NCBI GenBank assembly: GCA_910578995.1
Contig: CAJTSY010000007.1
Location: 7,194 to 71,193, forward strand
Source: an uncultured Acetatifactor sp.
GTDB lineage: Bacteria; Bacillota; Clostridia; Lachnospirales; Lachnospiraceae
DNA length: 64,000 bases
Direction of reading: 5' to 3'
The position numbers and the translations under genes are program-made. Positions 1 to 8,076 of this stretch are shown here, one piece after another (position 1 is the stretch's first letter; each line of letters starts with the position of its first letter). The notes below the pieces were generated by a model. That model was not told where the DNA came from. It searched no databases and saw only the letters and a program-made list of their open reading frames with translations.

Positions 1-1221
1 GTGGAGGCGAACAAGGTAGAGATCAGCTTAAGCTCCAAGGGAATACCCGCGGAGGACGTACTTGGGTATGAGATCGTACGCTGCATCTATGAGGGCGGCA
101 AGGTTCAGAAGGAAGTGGTGGGATTTGCGGAAGGTGGGACTGCCACCTATACGGACGTGATAGCTACCATTAACAACAGGACGGTATTTTATGAGGTTAC
201 CCTCATTGACAAGTACCTGAACCGCTCTGCGGTGAAGGAACTGGCTCCTGTGAAGATCGAGCATGACGGAAGCCTGGATAAGACCGGATGGACAGTCAGC
301 ACAAAGGACCTGGCCGTCGAAGGTGAGACCGGCACGGGAAGCAGCAATAATACACTGTACTGTGATCCGGATAATGAGACGACCTATGCAAAGGATAATC
401 TGATCGACAATAAGTCGGACACGGTATTTACGGCAACCGCAGGACAGGCGCCGGAGATCATGCTGAACTTTAATAAAAACCTTATCGTGGCAGGATTTAA
501 GATTACTGCCGGATCCGGACTTGCCGGGGTTGATTATCAGATTGTGACGTATGGCGGTGAAGTTCCTGTCAGTGTAGCGGAAGGAACATTTGGAGCGGCA
601 GCAGTGCAGACAATCCACTTTGCCAATTCCGCCGGCAAATATATCAGCACGCATGAGGCAAATGCGGTTAAGCTGATTCTGAAGCCGGCGGCCGGCAGCC
701 AGGTGTCCATCGCGGAACTGGATGTACTGGGCGTGACCGGTGACAATGTGGACTTCAGGAGAACCAGTGACGACAACAGTGCGGTGATTGGAATCCTGTC
801 AGAGGATTTCAAGTATGGCGATAACGCGGAGGATGTGATCCCGGCAGGTGCAATCGTCTTTGCGGGAGCCTATAAGGGAAATGCCGCGTACAATTCGGTG
901 CTGCTGTTTGACCAGGACGGCAATAATGTAGGCCGTGTCACAGGGACAGGCGATGAAGTGCAGGTAGAGGCATCGTCCATCATTATGGCGGACGTGCCGG
1001 AGGGCGGCGATATTACCGATGTGAGAAACGGCACCTGGATATACTGGGTGGATGCCGGAACGGACCTGTCCGGGGTGAAAAAGGTGCGCGCAGAGCTTTA
1101 TCGTGTCAACGACGCCCAGACCCAGGCTGGCCAGAGGGTTGTCAGCGACAGCCTGTTTGAGACGATGCCGGAAGTGCTGCCGTCAGTTACGCTGGACCGC
1201 GACGCAGGTTTGCAGAAGTAG
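1..1221 (+). CDS. C-terminal part of a large secreted carbohydrate-binding/glycosidase-type surface protein (discoidin / F5-8 type C-like module); 5' end lies outside the window
   Basis: Open frame from base 1. The segment TGWTVSTKDLAVEG...DNLIDNKSDTVFTA...PEIMLNFNKNLIVAGFKI follows the discoidin-type CBM pattern. Stop at 1219-1221. Confidence 0.6.
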   Translation: MEANKVEISLSSKGIPAEDVLGYEIVRCIYEGGKVQKEVVGFAEGGTATYTDVIATINNRTVFYEVTLIDKYLNRSAVKELAPVKIEHDGSLDKTGWTVSTKDLAVEGETGTGSSNNTLYCDPDNETTYAKDNLIDNKSDTVFTATAGQAPEIMLNFNKNLIVAGFKITAGSGLAGVDYQIVTYGGEVPVSVAEGTFGAAAVQTIHFANSAGKYISTHEANAVKLILKPAAGSQVSIAELDVLGVTGDNVDFRRTSDDNSAVIGILSEDFKYGDNAEDVIPAGAIVFAGAYKGNAAYNSVLLFDQDGNNVGRVTGTGDEVQVEASSIIMADVPEGGDITDVRNGTWIYWVDAGTDLSGVKKVRAELYRVNDAQTQAGQRVVSDSLFETMPEVLPSVTLDRDAGLQK

Positions 1222-1231
1222 GGGATAGAAT

Positions 1232-2278
1232 ATGAAAAAGAGTATTTTAACTGCATTTTTGGCATTCTTTATGCTTGTATTCCTGCCTTCCCTGCGGACG
1301 CAGGCGGAGAGCCAGGATGGATTTATGCTGGATGGGACAGGGGCGGTAACGCTCCAGTCCCAGCATGCCGCGAAGGAGGAAGTGTCGTCCCTTCAGTTCA
1401 GCCTGACGGTGGAAACTGAGGGGGAAGCGCAGGTTGAGTTTGTGTTTGAACCCAATCATGCAAGAATTGCGGAATTCCGTTACGATGAGGCTGCAAAAAA
1501 ACTGAATATTTATATGGCGGGAGTGGATCCGCTTTTTGAGGAGAATACGGACACACTGGCCGTTGGGAAGGTGGTTGTCCGGAATGGCAGCGGAGGGGAG
1601 GCTGTGGCCAAGGTCAGTGTGGTGGAGGATTCCCTTCAGTATGTCTATGGATCGGAACTAAAACTGATGGAAGAGGTGGAGATTCCAGAAGCGGTACAGC
1701 TGGGCAGTACATCGGGGACACAAGTGCCTTCTGAGACGCCTGAACCTTCTGAGACGCCTGGACCTGCTGAGACGCCTGGACCTTCTGAGACGCCAGTGCC
1801 GCCTTCTGAACCCCAGCCGTCTGACCCGGCCCCGGACCAGGGAACCGGCGACGACCCAAATGCGGGTTGGAATCCCGGATGGCAGTCCCCGGAAGAAAGT
1901 TCTACGGCAGGCGGAGGAGCCGGGAACGGCCGGAAACCCACAGGTACCAGTAAACCTGTGGGTACAAAGCGGGTGGAGGTAGTCTCTGCTGCATCGCCTT
2001 CCCCTACAGTGAATCCTTCCCCGGAGCCGTCAGATATACCCGGGGAGCCGGAGGATATGACCGGGCTGCCTGTCATCGACTTGGAGGAAGGGGAAGAGAT
2101 GGGATCCGCTCCTGCCATGACCGAACAGGAGGAGACCGAAGAGAATGGTCCGGCCCGTAAGGCAGACTGGGTTTTAATTGTGGTTGTTATAGCAATTGTC
2201 ATATTTGTTGCTGTGGCCGTCGTTTCCGTCATCGCTCTCAGCGGGAAAAAAACTCCCCGCAGCAACGGGCGAGGATGA
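1232..2278 (+). CDS. Membrane-anchored surface protein: signal peptide, cohesin-like beta domain, Pro/Glu/Thr/Ser linker, C-terminal TM helix
   Basis: ATG 10 nt after the upstream stop. N-terminal signal MKKSILTAFLAFFMLVFLPSLRTQA. PSETP repeats. C-terminal hydrophobic WVLIVVVIAIVIFVAVAVVSVIAL followed by KKTPRS. Confidence 0.65.
   Translation: MKKSILTAFLAFFMLVFLPSLRTQAESQDGFMLDGTGAVTLQSQHAAKEEVSSLQFSLTVETEGEAQVEFVFEPNHARIAEFRYDEAAKKLNIYMAGVDPLFEENTDTLAVGKVVVRNGSGGEAVAKVSVVEDSLQYVYGSELKLMEEVEIPEAVQLGSTSGTQVPSETPEPSETPGPAETPGPSETPVPPSEPQPSDPAPDQGTGDDPNAGWNPGWQSPEESSTAGGGAGNGRKPTGTSKPVGTKRVEVVSAASPSPTVNPSPEPSDIPGEPEDMTGLPVIDLEEGEEMGSAPAMTEQEETEENGPARKADWVLIVVVIAIVIFVAVAVVSVIALSGKKTPRSNGRG
1727..1798 (+). 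repeat. Four tandem copies of an 18-bp in-frame repeat (ccttctgagacgcctgra) encoding PSETP(E/G)
   Basis: Read directly in the sequence. Copies at 1727, 1745, 1763 and 1781. Confidence 0.8.
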
Positions 2279-2481
2279 GGGGAGACAGGCATATCAGCAG
2301 AGACCATGAAGGGGAATCATTTTCCAGGCTAAAAATGTAAATTTTGAATAAAGTGACGTATAAAATATTACATAGAATGGAAAACTTATATAATTGAAAA
2401 ATTATGAATATCATGGTATCATAAATATGTCAAGGTAGCGATAGGTTGCGCAGTGTCTGGCATTGCTATGAGGAAGATGAT

Positions 2482-3189
2482 ATGAGAATAGAACGAGTGG
2501 ATGAAAAGACAGTAAAATGTTTCCTGTCCAATGAAGAGCTTGAAGAATATGATATTGACTACAAGGACTTTATCCTGCGCAGCGACAAGGCAAGGGAGAT
2601 AGTACAGGAGATTATTGAACAGGCAGAAGAGGAAGTGGGCTATAAGCCGCCCAAGTTTGCGTTTGATCTGCAGATTATGATGCTGCCGGATCAGGGACTG
2701 ATCCTGACTTTTTCTGACAGGGATGCGGAGGCGCGGGAAAGCGATCAGTTCATTGAGTGCCTGAAGGAAATGAAACGAATCCTGCAGCGGACAAGAGAGA
2801 AGATTGCCGCAGGCACGGATTCCGGGGAAGAGACAGAGCAGAACGGGGAAGCCGGCTCCGGGGAAGAGAAGGGGAATAAGGCTCAGGAACAGCAGGTCAG
2901 CCGCCCCGGCTTTGCAGTGTTTGTGTTCTCCGGAATTGGCAGGATTATGGAATATGCCGCCATGCTGCCCTCCAACCTGATGGTGGACAGCAGCCTGTAC
3001 GAGATGGACGGACTCTATTATCTGTATCTGCTTAAAGGCCGTGCTTCCTACGAGCGGTACAGCAGAGCCTGTGTCCAGGCCATGGAATTTGGCAGCCTTT
3101 ATGCTGCGGATGAATCTCAGGTTCTCAGGCTGAGGGAGCATGGACAGTGCCTGATCAGTGAGAAGGTCATCCGGAAGCTGCGCGGGTAA
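2482..3189 (+). CDS. mecA: Adaptor protein MecA
   Basis: N-terminus MRIERVDEKTVKCFLSNEELEEYDIDYKDF...LQIMMLPDQGLILTF is the MecA signature. GAGGA RBS 7 nt upstream of ATG 2482. The longer ORF starting at 2446 lacks an RBS. Confidence 0.8.
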   Translation: MRIERVDEKTVKCFLSNEELEEYDIDYKDFILRSDKAREIVQEIIEQAEEEVGYKPPKFAFDLQIMMLPDQGLILTFSDRDAEARESDQFIECLKEMKRILQRTREKIAAGTDSGEETEQNGEAGSGEEKGNKAQEQQVSRPGFAVFVFSGIGRIMEYAAMLPSNLMVDSSLYEMDGLYYLYLLKGRASYERYSRACVQAMEFGSLYAADESQVLRLREHGQCLISEKVIRKLRG

Positions 3190-3236
3190 TGCGACGGGAA
3201 ATAGCTTTGAGTACAGACAGGATCCATAAAAATGAG

Positions 3237-3271
3237 CCGATGTCCGCGCAGGTGCGGACATCGGTTTTTTT
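3237..3271 (+). terminator. Rho-independent terminator of mecA
   Basis: 11-bp perfect stem ccgatgtccgc/gcggacatcgg, 6-nt loop, followed by T7. Confidence 0.85.
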
Positions 3272-3352
3272 CTGAAAATGGTATAAACTGCCCTCCGGAC
3301 AGGGAACCCTATTGTAAAACTGGTAAAAACCAAGGGAATCAGGGGAGGGAAA

Positions 3353-3559
3353 ATGATATCATTTCTGGAGATGGCCTTGGAGTATCCCATCGGGACCAGG
3401 GTCAGGGTGCCGGGGAATAACGGAAAGGCGGAAAGGCAGCAGGAAATCATTGGATACGAGTATTACAACGGAACCGGATATCTGGTATTCCGGAACAATG
3501 AAAAAATGGACGTGGAGAAGCTGAGCGGAATGGAAGGACAGGATGGGAAACTGAGTTAA
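3353..3559 (+). CDS. Small hypothetical protein (68 aa)
   Basis: Strong RBS GGGGAGGG 5 nt before the ATG. Coding-like composition. No recognisable motif. Confidence 0.5.
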   Translation: MISFLEMALEYPIGTRVRVPGNNGKAERQQEIIGYEYYNGTGYLVFRNNEKMDVEKLSGMEGQDGKLS

Positions 3560-3660
3560 GAATGCGGTTTATTCATAAATTCTTAGTAGTTTTACAATAT
3601 AAAAGTAAAAAATTCCCGCCCTCCAGGAACTATACTCTATAGTGACAGGAGGGATATTTT

Positions 3661-4542
3661 ATGGCGGGAAAACAGGGCAGAATGGCAGAAGCAGGACAAA
3701 TGGCGCAGGCAAACCGGGCATATTACGGGACCCGGGGCAGAAGACGGAAGAGGCGACGGAGGACCAGGGCGGCCGGATACTTTCTCAGATGCGCCGCTGC
3801 TGCGGTCCTGCTCATGGCTGTACTGGGAGCAGTCAGGGATGCGCTTATGAAACGTGTAAACGGAATGGAAGGCCTGACGGCGGATAAGGCATATGCCGGC
3901 GCTTCCCTGGAGACAGCAGGCGGAAACGGCGGAACCCAGGAGGAGCTTTTGCAGGAACTTTTGGAAAAGAACCAGGAGACCCTGGACTTTGTGAAGAGCT
4001 ACCCGGACAGGGAACAGTATAAGAGCCAGGCGGTTGACCTGGCGGAGGATTTTGAGGCCGGGGAAGTGCCCCTGCTGATGCAGTGGGACAGGCGCTGGGG
4101 ATATGACGCCTATGGGGAGGAACTGATCGGGCTTGCAGGGTGCGGTCCCCTCTGCCTTGACATGGCCTACCTGTATTTTACCGGCGACCTGGAGATGGAT
4201 CCCCGGAAGATGGCGGAGTATGCCTCTGGCGGGGGCTATTATACCGAATACGGCACCAGCTGGACGCTGTGGACTGAAGGGGCGGCGGGACTGGGAATGA
4301 CCGGAGAGGAGCTTCCCCTGGACGAAAACCGGATAAAGCAGGTTCTGGATTCCGGGGGACTGGTGGTATGCAGCATGGGGCCGGGAGACTTTACCACCAC
4401 AGGACATTTCATCCTGATAAGGGGATATGATGAAAACGGGTTTTTCGTCAATGACCCCAACCGCAGAAGCAACAGCCAAAAGATATGGGACTTTGAAAGC
4501 CTCCGGCGCCAGATCAAAAACCTGTGGGGGCTTTCAGTATAG
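3661..4542 (+). CDS. Membrane-anchored peptidase C39-like (C39_2) domain protein
   Basis: AGGAGGG RBS. Basic N-terminus plus a TM helix (AAAVLLMAVLGAV). Cys motif GCGPLCLDMAY and His motif GHFILIRGYDENGFFVNDPN, typical of C39-like papain-fold domains. Confidence 0.7.
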   Translation: MAGKQGRMAEAGQMAQANRAYYGTRGRRRKRRRRTRAAGYFLRCAAAAVLLMAVLGAVRDALMKRVNGMEGLTADKAYAGASLETAGGNGGTQEELLQELLEKNQETLDFVKSYPDREQYKSQAVDLAEDFEAGEVPLLMQWDRRWGYDAYGEELIGLAGCGPLCLDMAYLYFTGDLEMDPRKMAEYASGGGYYTEYGTSWTLWTEGAAGLGMTGEELPLDENRIKQVLDSGGLVVCSMGPGDFTTTGHFILIRGYDENGFFVNDPNRRSNSQKIWDFESLRRQIKNLWGLSV

Positions 4543-5235
4543 GGACGCCTCCGCCAGCTGTTTCTCCCTCCTGGCCAGCATGAAAAGATTTGCCTCATAG
4601 GCCTGGGCTGCCCTTGCGCGCTGGCGGTCTTCGCTCCAGGATTTCAGCAGCCGGACATGCTCCAGGTTCTGCCTGGCGATCCGCTGGGTTAAGAGCTTAT
4701 CCTGGAGCTTTTTGGCCTGGGCTTTCCTTTTCAGGTATTCCTTCAGCAGTTTTTTCCGCCTTGCCTTTTTGGCCTGGGCTTCTCTCATGCGCCTTTTCTC
4801 CGCCGCCCGCCTGGCTCTTGCGTCATCCTGCAGGCCGTAGGTAAAACCGTAGCATTTTTCGCAGGTGTCGTCGATGTGGATCAGGGCAAACCTGGGTACA
4901 TGGCAGCCGTAATTCTGAGATTTGGATTTTCCTATATAGTCGAGAACCCACTGTTCATAGGCAGGATCCTTCTGCATCCTTTCATAGGCGGCATCGGTGA
5001 TGTCGATAAACCAGTTAAGACGTCTCTGGGAAGGATGGGTGTAGAGGGAGTTTACCTTATCCTGAAAATACAGTTTATATTCCCCCAGGCTCATGTCCCT
5101 GGGAGAAACGGCGTATTTTTCGGCCATCATGTCACCAAAGCTCTCGCCGGCTTTTTCATTTCCGCCCACAGAGGGGCTTGGTGCCTGGCTGTAACCTGTT
5201 TCTGCTGTATAGCCTGTACTGATCATTTTGTCCAT
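4534..5235 (-). CDS. Hypothetical protein with a Lys/Arg-rich coiled-coil C-terminal half
   Basis: Strong RBS GGAGAAAGGAG upstream of ATG 5235. No family recognised. The 3' end overlaps the convergent gene by 9 nt. Confidence 0.65.
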   Translation of the reverse strand: MDKMISTGYTAETGYSQAPSPSVGGNEKAGESFGDMMAEKYAVSPRDMSLGEYKLYFQDKVNSLYTHPSQRRLNWFIDITDAAYERMQKDPAYEQWVLDYIGKSKSQNYGCHVPRFALIHIDDTCEKCYGFTYGLQDDARARRAAEKRRMREAQAKKARRKKLLKEYLKRKAQAKKLQDKLLTQRIARQNLEHVRLLKSWSEDRQRARAAQAYEANLFMLARREKQLAEASLY

Positions 5236-5499
5236 GTATTCTCCTTTCTCCAGGTTTTGTTCCGTTATTCCTGGTGCTGCTTTGTACTGCTACTGCATAT
5301 ACTGGGGAAATGTCCGGCTTTTGCGGCGCCGGCCTGCTCTACAGTAACCCTGCTCCCACAGCTGTTATTACATATATCGGGGAAAAATGGGATTTGATAA
5401 CAAGGATGGGATAAAATGTTGATATCACGGCATGAAATGTAACATTTCCGGCTTTTCTTTCATATGCTGTAGCTGAGAGCTGAAGGAGAAACCATTGAT

Positions 5500-7425
5500 A
5501 TGGCAATAGGCTATTTGACCATACGGGCGCGGACTGCCCAGGATGCCGTGCCGTTGGAAGGCGTGGAAGTGAAGGTCATCGGCGGACAGGGAGAGATCCT
5601 CTACAGTCTGACAACGGATGAAAGCGGGGAGACACAGAATGTTCCCCTGGAGACCCTGGACAGGGGATTTTCCCAGAACCAGTACTATTCGGGACTCCCG
5701 TACAAAAGCTATGATGTACTGGCAGGGAAAGAGGGTTTTGATATGCTGCATATTACCCATATTCCCATTTACGAGGGGGAGACGGCAGTCCAGCCCCTGG
5801 CCCTTGTCCCCATGGAAGAAAGGCAGCGCCGCCCCGGACAGACCAGGATTTTCGTCGGGAAACCGGCCGTGGCCATGCAGGAAGACAGGGAGCAGGTGGG
5901 CGGGGAGGCAGGCATAAGGGCAGACGCGAGGGCAGACGGGGAGGCAGGCATAAGGGCAGGCGCGGAGGATGACCAGGGCCGTATTCTGCGGCAGGTGGTG
6001 ATTCCCAACCCTATTACGGTGCACCTGGGGGCTCCGGGCTCCAGTGCGGCCAATGTCCAGGTATCTTTTCCGGAATATGTGAAAAATGCAGCCAGCAGCG
6101 AGATCTATCCCACCTGGCCCGACGCGTCACTGAGGGCAAATATTTATGCCATTATAACCTTTGCGTTAAATCGTATATACACAGAGTGGTACCGGAGCCG
6201 GGGGTATGATTACGACATCACAAACAGCACGGCTTATGACCAGAATTTCGTATACGGGCGGCCTGTCTATGAGTCCATCAGCAGGGTGGTGGATGAAATC
6301 TTTAATGAGTATGTGAGGAGACAGGGACAGAATGCGCCCTACTTTACATCCTTCTGCAACGGAACAACTGTCACCTGCAGGGGCCTCTCCCAGTGGGGGA
6401 CGGTTACCCTGGCGGAGAGGGGGCTTGCGCCCATTGAGATCCTGCGCAGTTATTATCCGGATGATGTGGAGATTGTGGAGACAAATGTGATAGCGAATGT
6501 GCCCGCCTCCTATCCGGGAACGGCGCTGCGTGTGGGCAGCAGCGGGCTGGATGTTGAGACTATACAGACATATCTGAACAGGATACGGAGGAATTATCCG
6601 GCCATTCCGGAGATCACGGACGAGGCGGGGATCTTCGGGGACAGTACCAAAAGGGCTGTGACCAGGTTCCAGGGCATTTTCGGCTTAACAGCGGACGGGA
6701 TAGTGGGCAAGTCCACCTGGTACACGATTTCCAGGCTGTACGCGGCTGTGGCCAGGCTTGCGGAACTGGACAGCGAGGGTACCGGCCTTGGGATTGGTTC
6801 CGTACCGCCGGGCGCCGTGCTGCGCCAGGGCTCCAGGGGGCAGGATGTGATTACCCTTCAGTACTTGTTGGACGTCATTTCAGAATATTATCCCACTGTT
6901 CCCGCGCCGGCCCAGGACGGAATCTTCGGGCCGGGGACACGGCAGGCTGTGGTTGCCTTTCAGCGGGCCATGCAGCTGTCACAGGACGGCATAGTGGGGG
7001 CAGCCACCTGGAAGAAGCTGTATGAGGTTTACCGTGGGATTGTGCAGAATGTGCCCGGTTCAGGAGGCGGCACACCTCCGGGAACAGGCGGACAGCCCGG
7101 AAGCGGCCCCTCAGGGGAGGGGACCCGGGAGTATGTGGTCCGGTCAGGGGACAGTCTCTGGCTCATAGCACAGCGCTACAACACCACGGTGGATGCCATC
7201 AAAAAGGCAAACGGACTGACCAGCAATTTGATCCAGGTAGGACAGGTGCTGAAAATCCCGGTTTCCCAGTCATCCCCTTATATTGAATATACCGTCCGCC
7301 CGGGGGATACGCTCTGGCTGCTTTCCAGGAGATATGATACCACAGTGGATGCCATTAAGCAGCTGAACGGGCTTGCCGGCGACAACCTGAGTATCGGGCA
7401 GGTGCTCCTGATTCCTGTCCGGTGA
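5500..7425 (+). CDS. SleC-like peptidoglycan hydrolase/binding protein with 2 PG_binding_1 repeats and 2 C-terminal LysM domains
   Basis: The block YVKNAASSEIYPTWP...ANIYAIITFALNRIYTEWYRSRGYDYDITNSTAYDQ...CRGLSQWGT resembles spore cortex-lytic SleC-type enzymes. Two repeats of the form GxxG.DV..LQ.YLN...FG..T..AV..FQ. Two LysM domains (YVVRSGDSLWLIAQRYNTTVDAIKKANGL and YTVRPGDTLWLLSRRYDTTVDAIKQLNGL). Confidence 0.75.
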   Translation: MAIGYLTIRARTAQDAVPLEGVEVKVIGGQGEILYSLTTDESGETQNVPLETLDRGFSQNQYYSGLPYKSYDVLAGKEGFDMLHITHIPIYEGETAVQPLALVPMEERQRRPGQTRIFVGKPAVAMQEDREQVGGEAGIRADARADGEAGIRAGAEDDQGRILRQVVIPNPITVHLGAPGSSAANVQVSFPEYVKNAASSEIYPTWPDASLRANIYAIITFALNRIYTEWYRSRGYDYDITNSTAYDQNFVYGRPVYESISRVVDEIFNEYVRRQGQNAPYFTSFCNGTTVTCRGLSQWGTVTLAERGLAPIEILRSYYPDDVEIVETNVIANVPASYPGTALRVGSSGLDVETIQTYLNRIRRNYPAIPEITDEAGIFGDSTKRAVTRFQGIFGLTADGIVGKSTWYTISRLYAAVARLAELDSEGTGLGIGSVPPGAVLRQGSRGQDVITLQYLLDVISEYYPTVPAPAQDGIFGPGTRQAVVAFQRAMQLSQDGIVGAATWKKLYEVYRGIVQNVPGSGGGTPPGTGGQPGSGPSGEGTREYVVRSGDSLWLIAQRYNTTVDAIKKANGLTSNLIQVGQVLKIPVSQSSPYIEYTVRPGDTLWLLSRRYDTTVDAIKQLNGLAGDNLSIGQVLLIPVR

Positions 7426-7450
7426 GCGATTCAAAAAGGAGCATCACAAA

Positions 7451-7478
7451 GACCGCAAACCTTTGATTTGCGGTCTTT
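7451..7478 (+). terminator. Rho-independent terminator of the SleC-like gene
   Basis: Stem gaccgcaaa/tttgcggtc, 7-nt loop, followed by TTT. Confidence 0.8.
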
Positions 7479-7486
7479 ACTGAAAA

Positions 7487-7559
7487 TGGAGCATATGGGA
7501 TTCGAACCCACGGCCTCAACAATGCGAATGTTGCGCGCTCCCAACTGCGCTAATGCCCC
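7487..7559 (-). tRNA. tRNA-Ala (anticodon CGC)
   Basis: The reverse complement folds as a cloverleaf: GGGGCAT TA GCGC AGTTGGGA GCGC G CAACA TTCGCAT TGTTG AGGCC GTGGG TTCGAAT CCCAT ATGCTCC A. The G3:U70 alanine identity pair is present. CCA is not encoded. Confidence 0.9.
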
Positions 7560-7568
7560 ATTGCATTA

Positions 7569-7596
7569 AGTATAACACAAATCAGGGGAAAATCAA
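7569..7596 (-). promoter_or_regulatory. Putative sigma-A promoter for tRNA-Ala (TTGATT-N16-TATACT)
   Basis: On the minus strand, the -35 is at 7596-7591 and the -10 at 7574-7569. The predicted start is a few nt before the tRNA 5' end. Confidence 0.5.
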
Positions 7597-7761
7597 TAGA
7601 AAAGATGGATTTTTTGCGATTTTTGCATTTCCAGTATCTGTCGGTTTTGTGTGGAATGACAGGCAAGACAGAAATTTTGCGGTAATCAATATAAAATATT
7701 AGAAAAAAGACGTATTAATCAAAAATTAAATAATAATTTTGAAAAAAGTTTCGGAATAGTG

Positions 7762-7790
7762 TTGACAAATCCGCGGAGGCAATATATAAT
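7762..7790 (+). promoter_or_regulatory. Perfect-consensus sigma-A promoter (TTGACA-N17-TATAAT) with an A/T-rich UP-like region upstream
   Basis: TTGACA at 7762-7767, TATAAT at 7785-7790, spacer exactly 17 nt. The region 7680-7760 is above 80% A+T. Confidence 0.75.
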
Positions 7791-7797
7791 AAAAATC

Positions 7798-8066
7798 ACC
7801 AAAGACATACCGGTATCTTCCATTTTAAAAGACAATTGAATAGGAAAGCCATTTCAGGCAGGCAGAAAGTGCAGTACACAGACAGGATAACGAATTGCTG
7901 AAGGAAATGAATTCAAATCGTTACAGTACACCGGGTACAGAATATAATGTGGAAAAGCGCGGGGGTAAAGTGGAAGAGAGGGAAAACTGAATAAGGAGGT
8001 ATGGTCCATTGGATGGAGAATTTTGAGGGAGCGTATTGATTGACAGATAATCAATACGCTCTCTCA
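7798..8066 (+). ncRNA. Candidate orphan non-coding RNA (about 265 nt) between the consensus promoter and a 17-bp hairpin; class unknown
   Basis: No plausible + strand ORF (only 12-, 15- and 27-codon frames with poor RBS spacing). Internal hairpins at 7888-7923 and 7926-7938. The next gene is convergent. Confidence 0.4.
8025..8065. terminator. 17-bp hairpin between the orphan unit and the convergent 5'-nucleotidase gene (possible bidirectional terminator or stabiliser; no canonical U-tract on either strand)
   Basis: Stem gagggagcgtattgatt / aatcaatacgctctctc with one G-T pair and a 7-nt loop. Followed by actgtac on + and aaaattc on -. Confidence 0.5.
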
Positions 8067-8076
8067 CTGTACATGT

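Noticed and set aside
2419-3450. Long minus-strand ORF (343 aa). Similar long antisense ORFs occur at 37410-38702, 46594-48468, 52398-54179, 57548-59185, 55280-56635 and 30820-32082.
   Set aside because: Each lies antisense to a gene with clear family motifs. They have Arg/Pro/Gly/Leu-rich, low-information translations typical of shadow frames in GC-rich coding DNA, and none has an RBS or recognisable motifs.
7854-8054. 66-aa minus-strand ORF inside the orphan promoter unit.
   Set aside because: It has no RBS and a low-complexity Pro/Ser/Leu translation. It ends inside the hairpin. The strong promoter signal is on the other strand.
7798-8066. Could the orphan transcript be SRP RNA, 6S RNA, tmRNA, RNase P RNA, a T-box or a known riboswitch?
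   Set aside because: It lacks the SRP domain IV sequence (GUCAGGUCCGGAAGGAAGCAGC-like). It has no tRNA-like ends for tmRNA. It is too short for RNase P. I could not draw a 6S-type closing helix, because the candidate 5'/3' complementary blocks are in the wrong order. There is no T-box 14-mer and no downstream gene to regulate. The class is left open rather than forced.
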